From Calcarisporiella thermophila CBS 279.70 (lineage: Eukaryota > Fungi > Calcarisporiellomycota), in NCBI RefSeq assembly GCF_041956535.1, contig NW_027192204.1, forward strand, positions 682,186-734,496: a stretch of 52,311 bases of DNA, in the 5' to 3' direction. Each line of letters starts with the position of its first letter. Within the stretch, counting starts at the first letter, position 1. Shown here piece by piece: positions 23,660 through 35,738 of the stretch. The position numbers were made by a program, and so were the translations under genes. Under the pieces are notes generated by a model. The model worked only from the letters and a program-made list of their open reading frames with translations. It did no database searches and was not told the origin of the DNA.

Positions 23660-25171
23660 TTATTGTCGCTTCCAAGATATGATGGGAAATGAAAAAGAAC
23701 CAGTCCTTTTTATTTGAAACTTATAGTTGTCGAAAATATTGAAGTATTCTCCTATCGTGGGAAAAAGGGTGAGCATGAACGTATCAATGTGACGTGGAGT
23801 CCTAAAAGTATACCCAGAGAGCCATGATTAAAAATGCACTTGAATATTTATTATTTCACGTTATGATGTCTGCAAGCTGAAGTGTGATGACGCATAGCAA
23901 GATCTTATAAAAAGTACCCATAAGAAAACTCCGATAAAAAATCAAGTGATCATTAGAGAAAGAAGATTCGCAGAAAATATATTGGTTCAACCAAAATTAA
24001 GTTGGTACAAATGTCCAAAATTCGGCGCATAATAATGCTTGGTTTTTTAAATTCTCGGCCATGAGCATATTTTTAGAGGAAATGAATCTCCGATATCTCC
24101 GAATAATCTTCATAGTAATAAACATTATCGATTTCAGATTAAGTCACAGTAGATGACACGATAAAACAAATTAAAGCATGCTCCCGTATGGTATAAAATC
24201 TGTTTGGACGTCGTTGGAAATACATCTTGCAAAAGTATGTGACGTTGCAGTTTGTGACGCAACACTATCTCTAAATTTACTGTGTTTCTAACTAGCTTGC
24301 CAGGTCAATAAACCATTTGAAATAAGGAATGTAAAATCCATCAATCCACATGCATCTTAATACAGATGATAATATAAAACCTATAATCTAACCTTCTTCT
24401 CAATAAAATGTTGAATATAGCACCTTTTCGAAAAACGTTATCATAATCCAAAATTTTAATGTTATAGACTATATTATTACTACCCTTAGAGGATGGAAGT
24501 AGACAAAATCGTTAAAAATACTATACAAAATAATCACAATCCTTAGAGCACATGAAAGCAACATTTAAATAGGAAAACTTGGAGCGATAGAGAGGGGTTG
24601 AAATTGTAAAATTGTAATATGCATTTTGGGAAGCTTTAGGTTTCTGCATGTCGACAATTTTTGTGCTTTGGATAGTACTAAGTATTGTCAGTGATTTACT
24701 ATTAGAAGTTAATAAAAAGAGTGCAAATTTTAACATATTTTATGTTCACAATTATAATAAAATTGCGAAATAATATGGTTTACTGTATGTCTGTTTATTC
24801 CATAAAATCTCTCCCCCCAACAATTCGCAAATTGACTAATCCTCTGTAGAACACATAGGGCTCGTTAGGCCAACAGATTCAAAGATTTGACATGAGGCTG
24901 ATGGATACTAAAGAGCTTAAAGCCTTATACTGTAAGCTATAAAAGACTTTAGTATATTTAAGGGTCTTATCTACCTACATAACACTTTTCAATTCCCAAA
25001 TATCATACTACTTAGACCAACTGTAAATTACATGCTCAGAAAAACCTTTTCCATTCATTCTTCAGTATTCATATTATTATTATTCGATATTAGAAATCTC
25101 TACTCTATACTGTGGTATTTCCAAGACACTTAAAAACTCTATTTAATATATTAATCTAATCCTGCGTTAAT

Positions 25172-26395
25172 CTACATATCAACAGTAGAGTGTGCAAGGC
25201 AGCCATCTACTACGATGGTTGCTCCATTCGTGTATGCGCCCGCACGTGAAGCTAGATAAATACATGTTCCAGCAATATCTTCGGCTGAGCCTGGGCGGCC
25301 TGCTGGAATTGTTTTCTTGATAAATTCGCTTATCATTGACTCATTGAATTGCGAAAAAACTTCTTTCGTCATTTCTGATCGCAATATTCCTGGTGCAATT
25401 GTGTTCACAGTGATATTGCGCTGACCTAGTAGAGGGGCAAGTGCCTCGGTCATCCGATGAAGTCCAGCTTTGGATATACTGTACATATAAGTTGGTATCG
25501 ACGAATTCACCCATACGGTAATTGAGCCTATCATAATAACACGGCTCGGATCTTGTGGTGTACTCTTAGCAGTTAGGAGCGGAATAAGTCTGTCCATGCA
25601 AACAAGCAGAAAGAACTCTTTTTAGTCAATTACTCGATTTTCAAAATGCTTGAAGCAAACTTTTCTAAAAATCATTTTAAAACTCCAAACACTAAAAAAT
25701 ATAACTTACGATTTGGTCAAAAAATAAGGCGCTTTCAAGTTTAAATCGATTATTTCGTCCCATTTTGCTTCAGTGCTAGCTTCAAATTCTTGCGAATTAT
25801 ATGCTCCTGCATTATTTACTAGCACATCGAGATGATCCTCCCTTTTCTTCAGTTCTTCAACAAGTCGTTTTATTCCTTCTGAGCTTTGTAAATCAGCAGG
25901 AATGCTGATGCATTGACCGGGTCCTTGTTCGCAAAGCCTGGCAGCGACCTGGAGCATATTTCAATAAAATAAGGCATATTTTATAAGAGAGAGGTAATTT
26001 GCGATCCATAGAATGGAGAATCATTGAAGGGATATTTGCTTTACCTTATCACATACATCGGCAGATCTGCTGGAGATATAAACCTTCGCGCCATTAGAAA
26101 CGAATCCCTATATATACAATGTGTGGCATAATGAGATAATAATGAAGAAAATGAGGTTGTTTTTCAGTTGGTTTAATTTGTCTAGCTATAGTTCTTTCGC
26201 AATAAACTTTCGCAATTATAGAATCCTTACAGTTGCGATCATCTCTCCAATACTATATACAACATATAAGAGGAAGTGAGATACTTTGTAAACAAGACGG
26301 TATTGACTAATTATCACAAATAACACTCACCCACGACCTCCACCGGTAACAAGTACAACCTTGTTCTTAACGGTAAATAACTTTGATATTTCCAT
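25172..26395 (-). CDS. Classical short-chain dehydrogenase/reductase (RhlG/FabG-like), multi-exon
   Basis: MEISKLFTVKNKVVLVTGGGRG, LDVLVNNAG, catalytic YSISK, ITVNTIAPG, IPAGRPG..EDIAG, GATIVVDG. Confidence 0.9.
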
Positions 26396-27039
26396 CGTGA
26401 AATTACTAAACGCTACTAAATTAAGACAGAATTATTGAGACAATTTGGAACAGGGTAAGCATATGCTTCCTAGATTATATTATATATAGTATGCCAAGGC
26501 TTAGTCAGAATATAATATTATATCTTGGTAAAATTGGTGTCACGTATACTTTGTTTATGTTAAATAAATTCCGTTTAAGTGCGGTATATACAGTCGCATA
26601 TGAATCACCGCTTGTTGGATCATAACCATTGGTTGGGATTAGTCATTTTGAGAGGAGTCACAGCGGAAGAACGGAAACAAGAGAATCCGTTGTAATAAAA
26701 ATTAGTTATTCTGTATTAAGCTGACAAAGAGAAGGGTATTATTACGGCCAATTATATTTACTTACTACAATGTCTACCATAAATTGAGGCATCCCTGTTG
26801 TGAACATAATTTGCTCTCCTGAATGAATACTATCACTAGTAAGTATTGTTATTAAAAATAATTTTAACATTACTGCTACCAAAATATTATGATGATCGGA
26901 GGTATACGAATAATTGTCACGGAGTTTTTCTTTTAATTATCCATTTTACATTTTGTATATAAACTATTATATAAACTAGTCACGTATATTTGATAAATAA
27001 TTTTTTGCAGAGCTATTATTTTCGAGTTCATAGAGTGAT

Positions 27040-27910
27040 ACAATACGTCATCATGAATTTCTCATTATTAGTAGAGTTATATTATGGAGGCAAAAGGAAG
27101 GCGAAATTGTTTCGAGGACAGATTTCGATGCTAGTGGACAATTGAAAGTAGAATTGCCTTGATATCAAGGAACTCTGTTACATGATGTTGCTTTTCCATC
27201 CGTATGAATTAAGTGGAAGTTAAGTAATATTAGTGTGGGCAAGATTGAAGCTTCAGTAGTCGAGATTCTATCAACAACTTTACCATAGGCGATCTCCAGA
27301 GTAATGGATCTGCTTGTATGATGCTACTTCGAGAGTTATGGTAGAGTTTGTAACCGCCGTTTGGGGAAATTTTTCCAATTATAAACGGCGCTAGAAAGGA
27401 GCATGGGAAATCGTTTTTCCTCCAGAACTTGCTGTAGATTCATTTCATCAACACATTCATCGACAGAAATTTAACAGAAAAGATGGACGTAATAAGTCAT
27501 GGAGACAGGGATTTGGTATATACTTAGTTGATCCGAGATTACATTATATTTCAGGAAGGCGTTCAAAGTCGGAAACTTAATTATCGTGTGTAATATTTTC
27601 TCTATCGCATACGAACTTAAACACGACAATCCAATTCATCAGAAAATCGCAGAATCATTTTCAGCATATTGACGAGGTTCCAACATCTAGAATCTCTAAC
27701 ATTTGAACATTATGTTGTAGAAGAGGGGCTCACATTTGTTTTTGTGAATGACAGAGCATGCAATAGATAAAGAATGATCGATGACTGAATCCAGAGCCAG
27801 AGAAATAGAGAAAAGTATTACTAATATACTCTTCAACTGTTCGTTGTCTGCCTGTGAATGCTTTGCCATTAGAGAGCACAAGTGAAAGAGTACTGGAATT
27901 TTGCATAAGG
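27040..27910 (-). repeat. Degenerate coding relic, copy 1 of a dispersed direct repeat (copy 2 at ~44880-45740)
   Basis: Colinear similarity starts at ATACGTCATCATGAATTTCTCAT. The minus-strand frame, with stops, reads DEMNLQQ..LEIAYGKVVDRISTTEASILPTLILLNFHL. Confidence 0.75.
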
Positions 27911-27942
27911 CTACTAAGATTCTTAGGTATAAAATGCCATCC

Positions 27943-27970
27943 ATCACTATCACTATCACTATCACTATCA
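27943..27970 (+). repeat. (ATCACT)n microsatellite
   Basis: ATCACT x4 plus ATCA. Confidence 0.85.
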
Positions 27971-28097
27971 AAGTTAATGGTTTTGTTAATTTACTATGCA
28001 ATTATTACCAAAGTATACGGATTTAAGCACTACTGTGACGGCAAAGGGGCAACTCTGACGTCAATAAATTCCATACAAAGGGTTTCATCTTCATATC

Positions 28098-28613
28098 TGT
28101 AACGAAACGAGAGCTGATCAGGATTTCTCTGGAAAGTTCGGTCGTTTGTAATTTTCTACAACGTTCTATCAGTTCATGACAAGTATAAACATGCCTTTTA
28201 TTCGTATTTCTTGATGTACAATCTTAGTTTTTCTTGACTTTTCTTGATTTCTCTTTATCTATTTTAACCTTGATTTTGCCTTGATTCTTGAATAACATTC
28301 TAGTTTTTTCCTGAATTCTTTACAATTGAATCTTGAATCTTGATCTAGAAACTTGAATATGAACTGTTAAAATAATGTAACCAGGCTCGTAAAGTAGACA
28401 GATGATCTTAATAAAATATAGAGATCGATGAGGAGCAAAAAGAAACAATAACTGGTTTTTAAATAAGAAAAGAACATGAAATCTCCGATGAATATATCTT
28501 AACATAAATATTTTACGAAAAAATAACAAAGTAATAGCTAAGCCATAATAAGTTAATAATCATGATATTATATCATATCATGAGAAAAGATGTAAGCGAG
28601 CCGTCCTGTTACA
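28098..28613. mobile_element. Putative solo LTR
   Basis: Termini TGTAAC...GTTACA; no matching TSD seen. Confidence 0.45.
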
Positions 28614-28742
28614 AGTGAGTCTAAAATAATTGATTGATTAGAGTAGAATGTGAACTCTATATAAATGAAGATTTCATAAAAGATGTGAAACTTTTACAAT
28701 TTATATAAACGCTAGCATTTATAGTTTTTCTTCTGATGTTTC

Positions 28743-28937
28743 TGTAACAGTTGTGGCTGTTGGGGGGAAGAGAGGTGACCTTAATAGTAGAAAGAAAGAG
28801 GTGAGGAACAAGAGAATAAGAAAGGTTGGCTCATATAGGGGAAAACATAGTGATTCGAAAGAGGATTGGATTCAGTAAAGGTAAAGGAATGTAGTCACAA
28901 TTGGATCTGAGTAGGATCAAGAGTCTGTGGTGTTACA
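28743..28937. mobile_element. Putative short solo LTR
   Basis: TGTAACA...TGTTACA, flanked by GTTTC / GTTGC (5-bp TSD with one mismatch). Confidence 0.55.
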
Positions 28938-29252
28938 GTTGCTTTATTTCAAAGTTCTCTGTATTTAAGATACAGTAGAGCGAATAATGTAATGTAAAAA
29001 TTCATCAGACTTTTGTCATTCCTGAGCTTTTTCATCATCCATTAGACTTATTATAAAAAATATATAATTATTTTATTGTTTATTTATTTATTATTATGTT
29101 GGATTATATATATTATATTAGGCATCATCAGAAAATTTTCATCAACTAATAGTTTGACTGTGATATGAGTTCGAGATTCTGAATCAAGAACCTATCCCAA
29201 ATGAATATTAAAATTATGGTTTTTAAACCATCATACCATATGCTATAAAACT

Positions 29253-30609
29253 TTAGTTCTCTGTTGCTCGAAGCTCAACTTTATGCCATAATTCCTCCAG
29301 GTCATTGCCAATCATTCTATGCGTCTCCTCCTCCAACATCCGGGCCGAAAGCGTACGTTTGGAGATCGAAGCCAGAGACTCCTCACGAGCGAGAGCAACT
29401 AGAAGAGCGTGATGAGTATAAATGCTTTAAAACAGCAACAGAAAAGAAAAAACGAAAGTGCAAAAAAAAAAAATGGAAAAAATGGAATAAGAATTCAACT
29501 CACCATGAATATAAACCGCAGCCCGCTTGCCACTAAACATTGCATGTGGCACATTGGTACTTCCATCGCTGTTGGCGTCTCCAACTGCGTATACCCCATT
29601 AAGGCTCGTCTGCATATCACTGTTTACCTGAATCTTCTTATCAACCATAGTGAGATTTAGCTTAGCCGGTAGAGTCGAGAGTTGGTCAGAAGGGAAGTTG
29701 GCAAGGAAGGCATTACGTTCCACGCTGGAGCCATCTGCCAAATTCACTAGGAACTTATCGAACTGCAGGCCCTTCTCTGGATCATGAACCTCCGCACCAT
29801 CCTGAAGGCGGTCGATAGAGGTGATTGTTAAATTATTGATTTTGACGTTGTATGCCGCAAGCTGTGCTTTCCAGTTGGGGTATTTAGCAGCCAAAGCAGC
29901 TTCGTTTTCAGGAGTGTAAGTGCCATTTACAAAAGCGATGATGTCGGAATTCAGGGTCTTAATTTCAAGGACACCGCCCATGACATCTGGCAGGGGGCCT
30001 AGGATTCCGAAAGGTTGGTCGCGGTGCTCGTAGCCATCACACCAGGGACACCAAAAGATGCCCTTGCCCCAGGCTTCCACTACCCCTGGAGTCGAGGGGA
30101 GGATGTCCTTCATGCCAGTGCCCAGGATGATTCTGCGCGCAGTGTAGTCGTGTCCCTTGTCATCAACTACGCGAAAACGCGAGCCGTTGTTGTAGGGCGT
30201 GATCGACATTACGGTTGCGTTCTTCATTGTGACGGTGGGGTACTTGCTAATCTGCTCGCGTGCCAGAGCTCGGAAAACACTGGGAACAGTCCCTAGTAGT
30301 TTGCCTGTCACTTTCACTGGTATCTGAGCTCTAGAAATACCACACTGGCTTACCATCATTACCGATCACATCGTGCATTTCTCTCGTTGCTGCATTGCGA
30401 TATTCACCGGAATCTAACATGAGGGTCTTTCTCCGAACTCGAGCCAGGCCGCTCGTAGCACTGAGACCAGCCGGGCCACCGCCGACCACGATCACATCAT
30501 AGTCGACTTTGTTGGACGATGGATGGCCTGCCGGATGGATGGCGACAGCAACAGCAAATGGCAAGAATGATAGAAGGAGGGCTGCAAGTGTAGCCCTAAG
30601 CATAGCCAT
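29253..30609 (-). CDS. Secreted FAD-dependent thioredoxin-reductase-fold sulfhydryl oxidase (GliT/SOX-like), 3 exons
   Basis: Signal peptide; DVIVVGGGPAGLS; RNAATREMHDVIGNDG; ILGTG; FWCPWCDGYEH (CxxC); VYAVGDANSD. A third exon after ~29400 ends ELWHKVELRATEN*. Confidence 0.9.
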
Positions 30610-32339
30610 GGAGACAACACTAGCGACGCTTATAGTGGTAAAATCTATTGAGGGGGAAACCTAGAAAGAAATAGTTCCAGTACTTTTTCCAAGCACCCTT
30701 TATAAGCTTATAAACTCTCCTACTGAACCGCCTATCTCTATCGGATCGGAGTATAACAAAGCTTATAATTCTCAAATTCTCAAATTGTAAATTTCACCTA
30801 AAATCTGCAGTTGAATGTAAACAATTAACCAGTTGGCACGGTATCAGTAAATATATGGTTCAAATTAAACATCATGATGATATAGTTTATACATAAACCA
30901 AGCCTAGAATACAGTCTGTTTTACATAAATTACATGTAAACTTACCCAAGTGGGGGACTCAACCTATAAAAACGTTATAAATCGGAATATATGCTACATG
31001 AGTGGGCTTTACCTTTTCTCTGCAATCGCATATATTGGAAAAATGCAATTTCAACTGGTATTTCGATTTAATTTGCAGCTTCTTTAATAAGCTCCGATAG
31101 GAGAGCTGGGAAAAAGCAAAATCAAAACTTAATTTTGGAACTAAAGGGTCCAGATCACGGAACAACCCGGTAAACCGGGCGTCCTATTTCTCAGCCCTAC
31201 GCTCCTATTTTTACCCGATCCTAAAAGGCGTTCGCAGGGTGGCCTCGAAAGTCGCAATGAGCTCAAAGCAACTTTCTCAAGAGGACGCCTTACAGGATGA
31301 TGCTTGCAGATGATGCGGATGACGATTGGGCAGTGTGAACCAGCACTGAAAGAAGTCCACGTTTGGAAAATGCTTGGATCGATGTAACGGTAAAATGCTT
31401 AAAACTGACACAGTGAAAACGAAACCTTCCCTTAGTCACAAAATTCCCTACAAAAAGCCCTCGTTATCGTATAAGATCAGACCATAAATTTAAAGTTGGC
31501 TCGCCTAGTTTTAATCTCCGCTTCCAATATATCCTAATTTGGTATCGTCCCAAGCTATCTTTTAAGGTTTAGCTTTTATTGAGTTAACCATATATGAAAG
31601 AATATTTTTCTCTTTTGACTGCGATCTACAGCCAAACGCGCGAGGATTCATTCGGAAAATTTTTGCGCTTGACTGTAATCTACAGCCAAAAGCGTGAGAA
31701 TACGTCCGAGTTTAGCTGATTTCTATTGAAAAAAGACATTGTGCATATCTTTTACGTCTGAAAGCAGCAGAAAAATCTGCTTAGCCAATTGCCATCAAAT
31801 AAAAAAATAACAATATGGATATTTTTGATTCCCCGTCAACACCCCGTCAACACCCCATCAACACTCGCAATAGTCCAATTGATAGAGGACTGAAATAAGA
31901 ACTATCCCTCTTGGATATTCCTTTACATTCATACTCGCTGTTTAGCAGCTTGATTACGGCACCGTATACGGTTCTCTAATCATCCGCTTGAATCAATTCC
32001 ATTTTACCTGTATACCAAGAAACGATGTTACAGTAGATTGAATAGGTTAACTTGGTTAAGAATAAAAGAACACTTCCATTCCAAGTCATAAGTAAATACA
32101 GTAATTAGTTACTCTATCAGATCTAAGAATATGGCAATGGATCCAAGAAACAATAAAAAGTGATATCTTTCTTCTGTCTAAAACCAGCTTGCCTTCGATA
32201 TTGTTTAACTTGTACTATCAGGACGGCGTTAGAATAGCTATTTGAAACCAAGCCGTATCATGTAAAAGGTGTATTTCGAAGGTTATGGCTCATAGGGAAA
32301 AAGTGCCCGAAAAATTTTTTATTCAAATAAATTGCCCAC

Positions 32340-33690
32340 GTAAAGAGTTCCTGCCAAAATGAGCTGGTGAACATGCTGTCTCGGTCGGACACAATGACAC
32401 GCGGTAATCCATGTAGACGGAACACAATGTCGAAGAAGAGACGTGCGACTTCCGGCGCTGTGACGGTGGACTTTGTCGGAACAAAATGAGCGCGTTTGGT
32501 GAGCCTATCGACAAACACAACAATAGAGTCATATCCGGATCTAGTTTTGGGTAGACCAACGATAAAACCCATCGACACTTGTTCCCATCTATCGCGAGGT
32601 ATGGGGGGTGGCTGAAGAAGACCGGGTGTTTGTTGATTGGTCAACTCGTTCCTTTGGCAAGAAGCGCAGTTAGCTATCGCTTCACATCGCGAGATAGGCG
32701 TGGCCAGTAGAAGTTTCTGCCAAGTTTGAGGTATGTCTTGTCGTAACCGGGGCGTCCTGAGATGGGTGTATCGTGGGACTCTTGTAAAAACCTTAGTCGT
32801 AAGTCGTTGTAATTGTGTACACAGAGGCGCTATGAGTCGTCAGTGGGGTCGTGGAAGTAAAGAAGGTCGTCTCGTAACTGAAATCGGCTGGTTTTTGATT
32901 TATCGTGAATGTTGAGCGAATCTGGGGTAACTTCAGGAGTCGGGCGAGCTCGTTAAAGTGTGAGTCTTGGTTGTAACCTTGTATTAGGTCGTTCAAAAGT
33001 TCTGGGGCTATATTAGTGGTCGATATGTAGTTAACAAGTGGAAGTGGGTTACGAGAAAGGGGGTCGACATTGCTATGTTTTTTTTCCTTGTTTGTGAACA
33101 ATGTGCATGTGTTCACGATGTGGTTGAATTTCCAGTGTCCAATGAATGAGTCGAGAGTCGGAACCTTTGAAGTCAAAGAGCCATTGTAGTGCGCTGTGGT
33201 CGGTTGTTAGTTGGAATTTTATCCATCGATGTAAGGATGTAACTTGCGGAGAGCTCAAATGACGGCAAGGCATTCCATTTCAGTGGCACTGTAATTTCGT
33301 TCGGTTGGGCTAAGTTGTCTGGAGAGGTAACAGATAACGCGTTCTTTTCCGTCATCCTGTACATGTCCAAGAACGGCACCGAGACCGGTTTTGTTGGCGT
33401 CTGTGTAGACAATGAAGGGCTAGGAAAAGATTGGCTGGGCAAGGATTGGCGCGGTGGTCAGTCGCTCTTTTAGGGTATAGGATGCAGTTTGTTGTTCATC
33501 GCCCCAAGTGAAACTACATTCTTGACGAGTAGTTGGGTTAGAGGGCTGGCTATGGTTGCGAAGCCTTTTACAAATCGTCTGTAGTAAGATGCTATGCCGA
33601 GAAATTGTTGAATTTCCTTGTGAGATTTGCTCAGCCACAAAACCGGTATTCCGGAGTGGGTCTGGTCTTTTGTTTGTGGTTCGTGGAGAA
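32340..33690 (-). mobile_element. Ty3/Gypsy pol remnant (RT C-terminus, RNase H, integrase), frameshifted
   Basis: [27 protein letters not shown]; LTTAPILAQP; TDHSALQWL; PGLLQPPPIPRDRWEQVSMGFIVGLP; VDRLTKRAHF; HGLPRVIVSDRD. Confidence 0.93.
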
Positions 33691-33729
33691 AGAGATCGTT
33701 CAACCACTTTTCTTCTGCTAATCCTCAAA

Positions 33730-34411
33730 CTGCCGGATGAGTAGATGCATCTGGCGAATCTTGCATATTGGCGGCGGTTCAGGAGGGAATCCGGGATGGT
33801 ATAGTGGCCATCTATGTGATTCGCTCGGGCTTCTTCCGTCTTGGCCTCAAAGTTTGCCTCGCTCAGGTTCATGTTGTTGGAGAGTAGGCCACAATAGAGT
33901 ACGTGGGCTCTATTGAAGTGCTGCCGACATTCAGGGCAGCGTTTCCCGATGCCGAAGGTGTTGAGACGCCATCTTACTGCCAATGACACCACGTTGGGAT
34001 CCGCGAAGAAGATGAGCTTGTCTATTCCGCATTGTGCTCTACATGACGGGAGCATATAGGAGCACTGGCCTTCCGTTTATAAGGGTCAAAGAGCTTTACA
34101 AACACCTGTTTAATATGCGGATTAAAATGTCCAAGGTGTTCAACGTTGCATACCTTGGACCAGGCTTTGACTTTGGCCTTGATAGCCTCGTCCGCCTTTG
34201 GGTCCAAGCTTTTGGTAGGATCATACTCGTGATCTACCGTCAAGCCAAGAGTGAAGAGGGTCCTCTCCAAGTTATTCTGGTAGTCTGCCGTTACCAGGAT
34301 TTCTACGGTATGCTAGCCAAGGTATGCGTCGTTAAATACCTTGGACATTTTAATCCGCATATTGAACAGGTGTTTGTAAAGTTCTTTGACCCTTATAACG
34401 AAAGGCCAGTG
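33730..34411 (-). mobile_element. Non-LTR retrotransposon 3' fragment with CCHC-type knuckle and an inverted duplication
   Basis: LAVRWRLNTFGIGKRCPECRQHFNRAHVLYC (C-x2-C-x7-H-x3-C). Segments 34063-34158 and 34317-34411 are inverted copies. Confidence 0.6.
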
Positions 34412-34463
34412 ACGTACACCCTCCTCAGCTCATGTTGCAGATCAGCTTTCATGGTCAACCTTA

Positions 34464-35466
34464 CAGCCGACCGCAATAACATAGTCACAGATGGATATAT
34501 TTTGTTAAAATCTAAATATTTCAGTAGCTACTTTCAAGGGAACACTGAAAATATGTTGAGAAAAATCTCCCACACTATTTTCAGAGGTATATGCCACCCT
34601 GGCTTAATGAAAGAAAACCGGTTAACCGGGCTACTGAATTTGAAAAAATGCATATCTATATTTTGCCGTTTTTTTGGATTATAGTACCATTTTGATGTTT
34701 GAATGCTCTTTATTCACATATTTGATATTATTCTCTCGCTTCTCGTTTATTAAAACTGTAACTGGAGTCGATGTGTCATTGTTCAGTGGAAAATTAAGGA
34801 GGAAAAACTACGGTTATTGTTATTAAAATTAAGCCTCTTTCAAACAAGATTCGCTCTAGCATAATTCAGCTCGCAAAGGAGGGAAAATCTTCTTATCAAA
34901 TCGCCGATGCGTTGGACATTCATTTCACTACAGCAGCCAAGATTGTAAGAGAAGAAGTAAAGCGACGCTCCGATCTTAATAGACGACCCGCTGGCCGCCC
35001 TCGTATTTTGAGTAAGAGAGAAGAGAAAGATAGTGACATTGATGACGTCGGGTCAGTGCAAAAACTCAACCGATGTGAGAAAATTTTTTAAAGAGGAATA
35101 CAACAGAGAATTGACCGCTGATACCGTGAGAAGGGTAATCCAAAGAGAAGAAGTGCTGACTCGAGTGCTCCCAAAGAAACCTCTTCTCTCAGCTGCGCAC
35201 CGTAGACGTCGCCTGGAGTTCGCGAGAAAGCATATAAATTGGACTGTGGAAGATTGGAAACGAGTAATGTTTTCCGATGAGACTAAATTAACGTTTACGA
35301 ATGTAACAGGAAAGCAATACTACTACAAGCGCAAGGGAGAACCGCTTCGTAGTAGACATATCCAACCCACAATGAAACAGACAGGAAATGGAGTGATGGC
35401 GTGGGGTTGCGTTACAGATCATGGCGCGGGAAATCTGCGCCGTATCGATGGGGCGCTCAACGCTGC
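34464..35466 (+). mobile_element. Tc1/mariner element, 5' part (left end plus truncated transposase)
   Basis: Candidate left end TA|CAGCCGACCGCAAT. From ~34828: IKPLSNKIRSSIIQLAKEGKSSYQIADALDIHFTTAAKIV..AGRPRILS, then a frameshift, then KKPLLSAAHRRRRLEFARKHINWTVEDWKRVMFSDETK..VMAWGC..RIDGALNA. Truncated at TGTAAC. Confidence 0.9.
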
Positions 35467-35738
35467 TGTAACAGGATTAACTCAGCTCATTATGCTACCG
35501 AGATAAAGTTAATATCCTTTACTATTTTTGATAGTTAGTCGTCTTATTGTGTTTATGAGATACATCTTAAGTTTAGTCATGTGAAAACCATATTGAGTTA
35601 TTTGTGATTTCTTATTTATATACGAGCCCATTCATTTATGAATCCTCACCGATCTTCTATTTCATAAAGGTGAGGATATCCCTTTTATTTATGATATTAT
35701 TATTATTATGGTGTTATATTGTAGATATTTTTGTTACG
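35467..35738. mobile_element. LTR-like insertion truncating the Tc1 transposase
   Basis: Begins TGTAACA exactly where transposase similarity stops. AT-rich body; right end (TGTTAC) uncertain. Confidence 0.4.

Noticed and set aside
34034-34684. 216-aa plus-strand ORF as a real gene
   Set aside because: It runs across the inverted duplication and into the Tc1 left end; it is a chimeric by-product.
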